A DNA stretch of 60,170 bases from Fibrobacterales bacterium (GTDB lineage Bacteria; Fibrobacterota; Fibrobacteria; Fibrobacterales; JAOPTW01): contig JAOPTX010000015.1 of assembly GCA_051532055.1 (NCBI GenBank), positions 1 through 60,170 on the forward strand. Direction: 5' to 3'. Positions 47,593 through 56,186 of this stretch are shown in pieces. A program made the position numbers and the translations under genes. Position 1 is the first letter of the stretch; every line of letters starts with the position of its first letter. A model generated the notes under the pieces. That model did no database searches. It was not told the origin of the DNA and was given only the letters and a program-made list of their open reading frames with translations.

Positions 47593-48580
47593 GAGAATTA
47601 TTATAGGAATTATTTGTGGCATTATTGCGCTGTGTTATGGCGCTGATCAGGGTCATGGAAATGATGAACATGCGGGTCATGCCCATGAAAATAATGAGCC
47701 GACAGAGCGGGGTGAAAAAGATTCTGATGGTGAGTATGCCCCAGTAGAAAAAGGGGTTATATCTCTTACAACTGACGGTGAAAGGATGATTGGGCTTAGC
47801 CTTGAGTCGGTAACTGAACATATCATTTCGAAGACACTTGAAATCCCCGGAGAAGTTGTCTTGAATCAAGAACGCCTTACGCATGTCACCCCACGCTTTT
47901 CGGGGGTAATACGAGAAACCAAGAAAGAAATTGGTGCATATGTTAAAAAAGGTGAGACACTTGCAACCGTTGAAAACAATGAGACATTTACCAAGTATAC
48001 AGTAAAGGCACCAATGAGTGGACGCATTATTGAAAAGCACGCATCGGTTGGTGAATATGCTTCAGAAGAAAGTACCCTCTTTGTTGTGGCGGATCTTTCG
48101 ACGGTGTGGGTTGATTTTAAACTTTTTCCTAAACAGTTAGCAGCGGTATCAATGGGGACACAAATGAGCATAAAGACTATCGGTTCTCAAATGAAGGCAA
48201 CGGGAAAAGTTCGTTATATTTCTCCACTGCTTAATCCTCAAACTCGAACAGCAGTAGCTCGTGTTTTGCTCAAAAATAGGAAAGGACAATGGCATCCTGG
48301 TGTATTTGTTCAAGGTACGATAGAAGTAAAAGGCAATACTAAAACTGCAGTTGTACATAACGGTGCTATTCAACTTCTTGATGGAGAAACAGTAGTATTT
48401 GTTCCCGCAAAAGGTGGGTATAGAGCTCTCCCCGTGAAGCTCGGTCAGCGTGGAGTATCGTTTACACAGGTTGTGTCAGGAATTGAGTTTGGTGATACCT
48501 ATGTGGTACAGGGAGCATTTGATCTTAAGGCTGCCGTTGTAACCCAATCCCTTTCGGGACATGCCGGACACGGGCATTAA
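47585..48580 (+). CDS. czcB: Membrane-fusion protein of a heavy-metal RND system
   Basis: His-rich N-terminus (HGNDEHAGHAH), V.PRFSG, ADLSTVW, TRT, C-terminal GHAGHGH. Confidence 0.9.
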   Translation: MNKRIIIGIICGIIALCYGADQGHGNDEHAGHAHENNEPTERGEKDSDGEYAPVEKGVISLTTDGERMIGLSLESVTEHIISKTLEIPGEVVLNQERLTHVTPRFSGVIRETKKEIGAYVKKGETLATVENNETFTKYTVKAPMSGRIIEKHASVGEYASEESTLFVVADLSTVWVDFKLFPKQLAAVSMGTQMSIKTIGSQMKATGKVRYISPLLNPQTRTAVARVLLKNRKGQWHPGVFVQGTIEVKGNTKTAVVHNGAIQLLDGETVVFVPAKGGYRALPVKLGQRGVSFTQVVSGIEFGDTYVVQGAFDLKAAVVTQSLSGHAGHGH

Positions 48581-48589
48581 GGAGATACT

Positions 48590-51500
48590 ATGTATTCATT
48601 TATTACCTATGTTTTAAGAAATCGCATACTTGTATTAGTAGCACTGATAGGAATTCTTGTATGGGGAGTAATTTCTTATCAATCGCTTCCTACGGATGCC
48701 TTTCCCGATATTTCTCCTGTTATGGTGCCTGTCTATGCCGAGGCACACGGCATGGCCCCTGAAGAGGTGGAACGGCTCATTACATTCCCTATTGAATCAG
48801 CTATGAATGGGTTGCCCGGTGTAAGTTTGGTGAAGTCGACCTCTGCATTTGGTATGGCTGTTATTTATATCTACTTCAATGATGATATTGATATTTATTT
48901 TGCGCGCCAATTGGTTTCTGAGCGTCTGACCTCAGCAATTACTGAACTCCCTGAGTCTGATGAACCGCCAACCCTCGGGCCTATATCGACAGGCCTTGGC
49001 GAAGTATTTATGTATTATCTCACCATAGATTCTACGGCTGATACCGAGAATAAAGGTTCCCTTATGTATTTAAGGGAGATTAATGATTGGGTTGTTAAGT
49101 ATCAATTACAAACGGTAAAGGGTGTTACTGAAGTGCTCTCTATGGGTGGTAATATTTTGCAGTATCAAGTTGAGCTGAATCCTCATTTGATGATGAGCCT
49201 TGGGATTGGACTTGAAGATGTAGTCGAAACAATCAATAATAATAATAGAAATGCTGGGGGACAATTTCTTGTAGTTGGGTCTGAAGAGTATTTGGTCCGA
49301 GGAATAGGGTTACTCGAAAACAGTGAAGATATTCAAAACCTTTCGGTTAAAGAAGTAAATGGGGTCCCTATTCGCATTAAAGATTTCGCAAGCGTCTCAT
49401 TTGGCTCTGAAATTAGACGAGGAGTGGTGACGCGAAATGGTGAAGAAGAAGTTGTTGCTGGGATTGTTATAAAATTATATGGTGAAAATACATCTCATGT
49501 TATTGATCGTCTCGAAGAGAAGTTTAGCGCCATACAGAAATCGCTGCCAAAAGGTGTGACGCTGATTCCGTATTATAATCAAAAAAATCTCGTTGAGAGC
49601 GCGACATCTACAGTAGTTGATGCATTGTGGCAAGGTGGTATTCTTGTCTTATTCACGCTGTTACTCTTTTTGGGTAATATTCGGACAGCGCTTATTGTTG
49701 CCCTTTCTTTGCCAGTTTGTGCCCTTTCTGCGGCTATTGTAATGGGAGTGACTGGTATGTCTGCAAATTTAATGTCTCTGGGAGGAGTTGCTATTGCTAT
49801 AGGGATGTTGGGTGATGGAGCGATTGTGGTTATAGAGAATGTGCATCGGCAATTATTAGATTCGAGTCGAAGTGGAACGAGTAGGTTTGAAATTATCACT
49901 GTTGCGGTTTCAGAAGTTGCGCGCCCCATTCTTTTTTCAGTCGCTATAATTATTGTTGTTTTTTTACCCCTCTTAACATTAGAGGGCGTAGAAGGAAAGA
50001 TGTTTGCCCCCATGGCTCTTACTATAACCTTTGCATTAGTGGGCTCTGTGATAGCCGCACTGGTTTTTTCACCGGTGTTAGCGTCACTGTTACTTAAGGC
50101 CACGCCTACTGAAGAGTTTATTCTGGTGAGGATGTTAAAAGGCGGTTACCGACCTCTTTTAATTGTCGCCCTTCGCTTTAAAAAAACAGTGGTAGTTGCA
50201 GCATTTGTTGCTTTTATAGGTTCATTGGGAGCGGTAGCAACAATCGGTACGGAGTTTATTCCTGCTCTTGAAGAAGGTGTACTTCAGGTAAACATTACTA
50301 TGGCACCGTCAATTTCTCTTGAAAAAGCAACGGAAACTATTTTAAAGATGGAACAGATTATAGGGGATAATTATGGTGATGCCATTTCTCAAACACTTGC
50401 TAAAATCGGTCGCCCTGAAGCGGGGAGTCATCCGCATCCCGTAAATTTTGCCAATATCCAAATGACGCTAAAAGATCATAATGAGTGGCTGCGTTTTGCG
50501 ACAAAAGAGGATCTTGTTATTGCATTAAATGAAACGCTCAGTAAATATCCCGGTGTACAACTAAACTTCACCCAGCCCATTCAAAATCTTTTTGATGAGT
50601 TACTCTCTGGAGTGCGTACTCAACTTGCAGTGAAGGTGTATGGTGATGATCTGACGGTACTCCGAGAAAAGGCAGAAGAGATTCAAGAAGCTGTGGAGGG
50701 AATTCCTGGATTGGTTGACCTTGCAATTGAACAAAGTTTCGGACAGCCTCAGGTGCAAATTGTTGCTAATAGGGCTGCCTGTTCGCGATATGGTGTTGCC
50801 GTTTCCGAAATACTTGAAGTGGTTGAACTCGCTATTGGCGGCGAAATCGTTGATCAGGTGTATATAAATACTCGTCGGTTTGGGATTAATGTTCGAGTAA
50901 ATGAAAAGTATCGCAAAGATTCTGAGGTTATAAAGCGTTTATTGGTGCATACACAAAATGGTACATTGATTCCTTTAGGGGACGTTGCAGATGTTGTTAC
51001 AACTATTGGGCCAATTCAGGTTAATCGTGAAAAAAACCAACGAAGGTGGGTTATCTCAGCTAATGTTCGTGGAAGAGATATTGGATCAGTTGTAAATGAA
51101 ATGAAAGAACGTATCGCAGAGCGTGTGTCATTCGAACCTGGGTACTTCATTGAGTTTGGTGGCCAATTTGAAAACCAAGAGCGCGCGATGAAACGTTTGG
51201 GTGTTATTGTGCCATCGGCATTTGCCGTAATTTTTCTTATGCTCTTTCTCTCATTAAAAAGTGGCAAGCAAGCGATGCTTATTTTTGTCAATGTGCCTCT
51301 CGCCCTAATTGGAGGGGTACTCGGACTCATAATTATTGATGAATATCTTTCGGTTCCAGCATCAGTTGGTTTTATAGCGTTATTTGGTATTGCGGTACAA
51401 AATGGGTTGGTACTCGTGACCTATATAAATCAATTACGTGCAGAGGGAGTTGCCACCATTGATGCCGTTATCAATGGTGGTCTAATGCGTCTTCGGCCGG

Positions 51501-51712
51501 TTCTCATGACTGCGCTCACTACCATTTTGGGGTTAGTTCCTCTGTTACTTGCTACTGGTGTAGGTTCAGAGGTCCAACGACCTCTGGCCGCGGTGGTGGT
51601 CTTCGGGTTATTGTCCTCAACATTTCTCACACTTTTTTTAATACCAGCTATGTATGAATGGTTTGCACCTAAACTTGCATTAGAGTATACTGAGAGTAAG
51701 GAGTCGACATGA
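48590..51712 (+). CDS. czcA: CusA/CzcA family heavy-metal RND permease
   Basis: DAFPDIS, TFPIE, LGPISTGLGE, NLMSLGG, RLRPVLMTA, EVQRPLA; 1040 aa. Confidence 0.95.
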   Translation: MYSFITYVLRNRILVLVALIGILVWGVISYQSLPTDAFPDISPVMVPVYAEAHGMAPEEVERLITFPIESAMNGLPGVSLVKSTSAFGMAVIYIYFNDDIDIYFARQLVSERLTSAITELPESDEPPTLGPISTGLGEVFMYYLTIDSTADTENKGSLMYLREINDWVVKYQLQTVKGVTEVLSMGGNILQYQVELNPHLMMSLGIGLEDVVETINNNNRNAGGQFLVVGSEEYLVRGIGLLENSEDIQNLSVKEVNGVPIRIKDFASVSFGSEIRRGVVTRNGEEEVVAGIVIKLYGENTSHVIDRLEEKFSAIQKSLPKGVTLIPYYNQKNLVESATSTVVDALWQGGILVLFTLLLFLGNIRTALIVALSLPVCALSAAIVMGVTGMSANLMSLGGVAIAIGMLGDGAIVVIENVHRQLLDSSRSGTSRFEIITVAVSEVARPILFSVAIIIVVFLPLLTLEGVEGKMFAPMALTITFALVGSVIAALVFSPVLASLLLKATPTEEFILVRMLKGGYRPLLIVALRFKKTVVVAAFVAFIGSLGAVATIGTEFIPALEEGVLQVNITMAPSISLEKATETILKMEQIIGDNYGDAISQTLAKIGRPEAGSHPHPVNFANIQMTLKDHNEWLRFATKEDLVIALNETLSKYPGVQLNFTQPIQNLFDELLSGVRTQLAVKVYGDDLTVLREKAEEIQEAVEGIPGLVDLAIEQSFGQPQVQIVANRAACSRYGVAVSEILEVVELAIGGEIVDQVYINTRRFGINVRVNEKYRKDSEVIKRLLVHTQNGTLIPLGDVADVVTTIGPIQVNREKNQRRWVISANVRGRDIGSVVNEMKERIAERVSFEPGYFIEFGGQFENQERAMKRLGVIVPSAFAVIFLMLFLSLKSGKQAMLIFVNVPLALIGGVLGLIIIDEYLSVPASVGFIALFGIAVQNGLVLVTYINQLRAEGVATIDAVINGGLMRLRPVLMTALTTILGLVPLLLATGVGSEVQRPLAAVVVFGLLSSTFLTLFLIPAMYEWFAPKLALEYTESKEST

Positions 51713-52050
51713 AAAAAATAGAAGCGTATATAAAAGAAATCAAAAAACGGGAAGTTATCGAGCGGCTTCATAAAATAGATGGCCTTACTGGACTTTCAAT
51801 TACTCAAGTAGAGAGTTATGGCCGAAGTAGACAAAGTGATGAACCGATTCATATTGTCGATACACCTCTCGATGATACTGTTCATGTACGTCTGGATATT
51901 GTCTGTAGTGACTTAATTTTGCAAAGAGTAATTGACGCGATAGAGAATGGGGCTCATACGGGCCTTCGCTCAGATGGTAAAATTTATGTGTCTAATATTG
52001 ATATTGCAATCCGTATTGGTACAGGTGAACGAGGTGACTCAGCGGTATAG
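51709..52050 (+). CDS. PII-like protein (czc-associated PII-NG type)
   Basis: MKKIEAYI, GR, AHTG..SDGKIYV, IRI.TGERG; 4-bp overlap with czcA. Confidence 0.9.
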   Translation: MKKIEAYIKEIKKREVIERLHKIDGLTGLSITQVESYGRSRQSDEPIHIVDTPLDDTVHVRLDIVCSDLILQRVIDAIENGAHTGLRSDGKIYVSNIDIAIRIGTGERGDSAV

Positions 52051-52092
52051 CACGCTAATGTTAGTGTAAGATATCTATTAAAATTAATTCAC

Positions 52093-52125
52093 AGCTTTTT
52101 GCTCGGCATTTGAGCAGAAAGCTTT
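52093..52125 (+). terminator. Stem-loop / probable terminator after the czc operon
   Basis: AGCTTTTTGCTCGG-CAT-TTGAGCAGAAAGCT. Confidence 0.6.
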
Positions 52126-52164
52126 CCTAGGGTAATTTTTAGAAGTCTACTTCAGTGTTAATGC

Positions 52165-52215
52165 TTTACATTCTTGATTATTAAGGTATATTTCATTTAG
52201 TTACTTAGCTAAATG
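52165..52215 (+). promoter_or_regulatory. arsR promoter and ArsR-type operator
   Basis: TTTACA-16nt-TATATT followed by CATTTAGTTA-CT-TAGCTAAATG (10-2-10, one mismatch) just before the ATG. Confidence 0.7.
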
Positions 52216-52219
52216 TGAA

Positions 52220-52591
52220 ATGATGGTCGAAATACTTTTTAAGGCCTTGGCTGATCGAAACCGCATCAAAATAATCGCTGCCCTACTCCAAAAATCAGAG
52301 GTGTGTGCATGTCAGTTACAAGAGTTTCTCCAAGTTTCAGGTGCGACTGTCTCAAAACATGTCTCGTTACTTATTCAGGCTGGGTTTGTTCGGAGCCGTA
52401 AAGAAGGTCGTTGGGTGTTGTATCATATGGCCAGCGATAATGAGAAACTCACTGTATTACTCAAATGGGTTGCAGTTGAGATAGAACTTGATAATGCACT
52501 AAAGCATGATTTAAATAACTTCTCTACAATAATGAAAATTGATCCCGAAGAGCTTTGTAGAGCACAGCGGGAAAATAGTTGTTGTAAATAA
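52220..52591 (+). CDS. arsR: ArsR/SmtB family metalloregulator
   Basis: FKALAD..R, EVCACQL (alpha3 Cys site), VSKH, RKEGRWVLY, C-terminal C..SCC. Confidence 0.9.
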   Translation: MMVEILFKALADRNRIKIIAALLQKSEVCACQLQEFLQVSGATVSKHVSLLIQAGFVRSRKEGRWVLYHMASDNEKLTVLLKWVAVEIELDNALKHDLNNFSTIMKIDPEELCRAQRENSCCK

Positions 52592-52605
52592 TGGGGAGTC
52601 TTTAA

Positions 52606-53577
52606 ATGTTTGAAATATTTACAGAATTTGCAGACCTTATTGCGTGGCGTCTTATCGCCCTGGATCCACTGAGTTCCTTGGGAAGTGCAGTCCATTTTTT
52701 TATTGAAGACACCAGCAAGATTTTGGTGTTACTGGTTGTAATGATTTATTGTATTGCAATTGTTCGTGCATCTCTCAATTTAGAATGGGTACGTAATCAT
52801 CTTCAAGGCCGATCACGGTGGTTTGGGTATGGTGCGGGCTCACTCTTTGGTGCGATAACCCCTTTCTGCTCATGCTCCAGTATTCCTATGTTTTTGGGGT
52901 TTACTACAGCGGGTATTCCTACGGGCGTAACGCTGTCTTTTCTTATAACATCACCGCTTCTTAATGAAGTTGCTCTGGTACTTCTCGCCTCGATTCTTGG
53001 CTGGGAGTTTGCATTGGTCTATGGGGTCTCAGGGTTGATTGCTGGCGTACTTGGCGGAGTGTTCTTTGACTCTATTGGCTCAGATAAATATCTTCAACCC
53101 CTTGTAACAAACCTTAAAAAACAGCAACTAAAGATATCGACAACTTCAAGTGTATCACTTTCGTTAACCGACCGCCATCAGTTTGCGGTGACCGAAACTA
53201 AAGAAATCTTACAGAAGATTTGGAAGTGGGTTTTTATCGGTGTCGGCATCGGGGCGCTTTTGCATGGGTATATACCAGAAGGGTGGATTGCAAGTCATTT
53301 AGGTTCTGGATCATTTTGGTCTGTTCCTGTAGCAGTGCTTCTTGGAATACCACTCTATAGTAATGCATCGGGAATGATACCAGTTATCGAATCTCTTCTT
53401 GCTAAAGGGCTTCCTGTTGGTACGGCATTAGCGTTAATGATGTCTACCGTAGGGGCGAGTTTTCCAGAATTTTTATTACTCAGACAGGTCCTCCAACTAA
53501 GGCTTCTTGTCTATCTCTTTATTTATTTCCTTATTGCCTTTAGTGTAATAGGATGGATAATCAATATCTTTTTTTAA
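52606..53577 (+). CDS. arsP: ArsP/DUF318 permease (organoarsenical efflux type)
   Basis: TPFCSCSSIP, SFLITSP, GIPLYSN, G.ALALMM..VG.SFPE. Confidence 0.85.
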   Translation: MFEIFTEFADLIAWRLIALDPLSSLGSAVHFFIEDTSKILVLLVVMIYCIAIVRASLNLEWVRNHLQGRSRWFGYGAGSLFGAITPFCSCSSIPMFLGFTTAGIPTGVTLSFLITSPLLNEVALVLLASILGWEFALVYGVSGLIAGVLGGVFFDSIGSDKYLQPLVTNLKKQQLKISTTSSVSLSLTDRHQFAVTETKEILQKIWKWVFIGVGIGALLHGYIPEGWIASHLGSGSFWSVPVAVLLGIPLYSNASGMIPVIESLLAKGLPVGTALALMMSTVGASFPEFLLLRQVLQLRLLVYLFIYFLIAFSVIGWIINIFF

Positions 53578-53591
53578 CAGCAGAGGAATAT

Positions 53592-53825
53592 ATGAAACAG
53601 GTAAAAGTATTAGGTGGCGGGTGTCGGAATTGTGAAGTTCTTGCAGAAGAAACTGTAAAAGCTGCTTCAGAAATGGGAATAGAAATTAATCTCACAAAAG
53701 TGGCAGATTTTGGTGAGATTGCTGGCTATGGGGTTATGACTACTCCTGCACTCGTCGTTGATGAGGTGCTCCAATTTCAAGGACAGGTCAAAAAAGCAGA
53801 AGAGATTAAGTCTTTTTTGGTATAA
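53592..53825 (+). CDS. Small redox-active disulfide protein (thioredoxin-like)
   Basis: VLGGGCRNC...YGVMTTPALVVD. Confidence 0.9.
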   Translation: MKQVKVLGGGCRNCEVLAEETVKAASEMGIEINLTKVADFGEIAGYGVMTTPALVVDEVLQFQGQVKKAEEIKSFLV

Positions 53826-54351
53826 CACTATAGCGAGATGCGACAATACCACAATTAAATGATGCGGTCTCTATGTGTTCAAGAGGTATCATATGCGAGA
53901 TATTTCCAAAGAGAGATAGTCCCTCTCCTAAGATAATTGGAATAGTGGTTATGGTAATATCAGTAATGAGTCCGGCCTGTAAAAATGATTGAATAGTTTT
54001 TCCGCCATCGATGTAGGCCTTTTTGTAATTGCGCGATTCTAGGAGAGAATTAAGTTCGGTGAGAGGCCCTGAAAAAAGCTCTAGGGATGCACCATTAATA
54101 TCGGGAAGTTGGGTGAGAGAGTTACTGAGTACTATGACAGGAATGGGGCCATAGGGCCAATCAGGAAAAGTGAGTATTTTCTCAAATGAATTTTTACCCA
54201 TTACGAGGACATCGATATTTTTTATAAATGAGTCGTAACTAAAATCAGCCATATCACCAGGATCACCGGCATTCATGAGCCAGTCAATACCGCCATCAGG
54301 TGTTGCAATGTATCCGTCTAAACTTGTAGCAATAAAAACTGAATAGTCCAT
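53806..54351 (-). CDS. Dihydrofolate reductase-like (RibD C-terminal domain) protein
   Basis: IATSLDGYIA, MGKNSFE, YIDGG.TIQSFL, IPIILGEG. Confidence 0.9.
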   Translation of the reverse strand: MDYSVFIATSLDGYIATPDGGIDWLMNAGDPGDMADFSYDSFIKNIDVLVMGKNSFEKILTFPDWPYGPIPVIVLSNSLTQLPDINGASLELFSGPLTELNSLLESRNYKKAYIDGGKTIQSFLQAGLITDITITTIPIILGEGLSLFGNISHMIPLEHIETASFNCGIVASRYSVIPKKT

Positions 54352-54549
54352 GGGTCTTCCATTTTGATGTGTTTTAAAAGTGAATCTAGAAAATAATTAT
54401 GAGAAAATTAAAACGCATATGGTGTTTTCGTCCTTTTAATACATCTGAGTGAAAGAACTTCGGACTGCATTATTGAGATTGTATATATTCAGATTGGGGA
54501 ATAACAAGTATGATATTTACGAGAATAGTTCATTAAAGCACTTGGATAC

Positions 54550-54567
54550 TTACTTACATGTAAGTAA
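54550..54567. promoter_or_regulatory. Candidate TetR operator 1 (perfect 18-bp palindrome)
   Basis: TTACTTACATGTAAGTAA, 26 nt upstream of the tetR ATG. Confidence 0.8.
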
Positions 54568-54593
54568 TTTTGTAATATAAGGAAGAATGGTAT

Positions 54594-55166
54594 ATGAGAG
54601 AAGAAATTTTAGAACGTGCAGAGCTGCAATTGATGACCGGAGGGTTTGCCAAGTTAAACTTTGGTACCATTGCTAAAGAGCTAGAGACTACTCGTGCTAA
54701 TATCCATTACCATTTCAAAAATAAAGAATCTCTAGCAGTTGAGATTACTGAAAAATACGGCCATACTGCAATAGATCATTTTAATTCATTAAGTGAATCA
54801 TTTAACGATGATTTTTTTGGCTTTTTTGGGGCTGTAGAAAAGATGTTTTGGGAAATGGCAGAATGCAGTGGAAGTACTGGTTGTTGTATTGCTACGAAAC
54901 TGGCAACTGAACAGGATGTTCCTGAGCAGTTACAAGAGCTTACCCAAGCGTTTTATAAAAAGCATGAACAGATACTTATTGATGTAATTCAGAAAGCTGT
55001 GGATAAGGGTGAAATTAGAGAAGATATTGATGCGAGAAGAGAAGGGATAAGAGTGCATGTACTTATGTTTGGTATCATGACCCGGGGTCAATACATTGTG
55101 GACCCTAAAGATGCAAAAAAGGAAATGAGTGGTTTGCTTATGGATTGGGCTACGAGTTTAAAATAG
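54594..55166 (+). CDS. TetR/AcrR family regulator
   Basis: REEILE.A..GF..IAKEL...ANIHYHFKNKESL HTH. Confidence 0.93.
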   Translation: MREEILERAELQLMTGGFAKLNFGTIAKELETTRANIHYHFKNKESLAVEITEKYGHTAIDHFNSLSESFNDDFFGFFGAVEKMFWEMAECSGSTGCCIATKLATEQDVPEQLQELTQAFYKKHEQILIDVIQKAVDKGEIREDIDARREGIRVHVLMFGIMTRGQYIVDPKDAKKEMSGLLMDWATSLK

Positions 55167-55175
55167 TTTTTTTTC

Positions 55176-55213
55176 ACCCACCCACTTACTTCCATGTAAG
55201 TAAGTGGGTGGGT
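55176..55213. promoter_or_regulatory. Candidate TetR operator 2 inside a 16-bp-arm inverted repeat
   Basis: ACCCACCCACTTACTT-CCATGT-AAGTAAGTGGGTGGGT; its core at 55186-55203 matches operator 1 at 17/18. Confidence 0.78.
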
Positions 55214-55385
55214 TTAGTAATTAAATTATAAAAAAGAGAGAAATAATGGAAAAAATAAAAGTTATAGAAGGGTAATCGAACCGACCCACATTCGAATAAT
55301 AACATATCAACAATAGATGACAGGAATAAACCAAAACTATCGTGCTTTTTGAGGTGCTATAGTCATATCAAAAAAGAGGATCAAA

Positions 55386-56153
55386 ATGTTAAAATCAATA
55401 ATTATGTCAGCGGTATTATTAACACCACTCATGGCAGCAACAATGACAGGCTATGATGTCGCTAAAAAATCTGATGAAACTCAACGTAACTTTAAGGATG
55501 AAAAATCGATTTCGACGCTAAAACTTATCGATGCATCTGGTGATGTTGTTGAACGCAATATGGTTTCAATTACGCTTGAAAGAGCCGGAAAAAAAGATCT
55601 GTCGATTATTCAATTTTTGAATCCAGCAGATGTTCGCGGGACTTCATTACTCACCCATCAAAACCCAGTTAAAGATGATAAACAGTGGCTGTACCTGCCA
55701 GAATTAAAAAGATTGAAGAAAATATCATCGAGTAACAAATCAGGGTCATTTATGGGCTCTGAATTCACCTATGAAGATATTAGTGCAAATGCTCTCGACA
55801 AATGGAGTTATACACTTATTAAGGAGGAGCCTATGGGTGATGTAGAATGTTACATGATTGAGAAAACTCCTAAGTATACTAATTCAGGGTATTCGAAAGT
55901 GAAAATGTGGATATCAAAGGACAATTATTTATTACAAAGAGCTGAATTTTTTGATAGAAAGCATACACTTCTGAAGGTGCAGACAATTGAAGGCTGGAAG
56001 AAGATCGGTAGAACCTGGAGATCAGATAAAATTGTCATGCATAATTTTCAGACACATAAACAGAGTCACTTGAATTTTACTTCACGTACATTGGGAACGG
56101 GACTTAAGAAGAAAGACTTTTCAAAACGTTCTGTTCAAAGACTTATTAAATAA
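55386..56153 (+). CDS. LolA-like outer-membrane lipoprotein-sorting family protein
   Basis: Signal peptide, F..PADVRGT.LL, QWLYLP, SFMGSEFTYED, FFDRK..LLK. Confidence 0.88.
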   Translation: MLKSIIMSAVLLTPLMAATMTGYDVAKKSDETQRNFKDEKSISTLKLIDASGDVVERNMVSITLERAGKKDLSIIQFLNPADVRGTSLLTHQNPVKDDKQWLYLPELKRLKKISSSNKSGSFMGSEFTYEDISANALDKWSYTLIKEEPMGDVECYMIEKTPKYTNSGYSKVKMWISKDNYLLQRAEFFDRKHTLLKVQTIEGWKKIGRTWRSDKIVMHNFQTHKQSHLNFTSRTLGTGLKKKDFSKRSVQRLIK

Positions 56154-56186
56154 CGTGCAGTACTCAGAGAAATTCAGGAGAATAAA

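Noticed and set aside
47513..50103. Antisense ORFs of 175 and 174 aa opposite czcB/czcA (and similar shadow ORFs elsewhere)
   Set aside because: They lie opposite well-conserved genes and have no recognisable motifs
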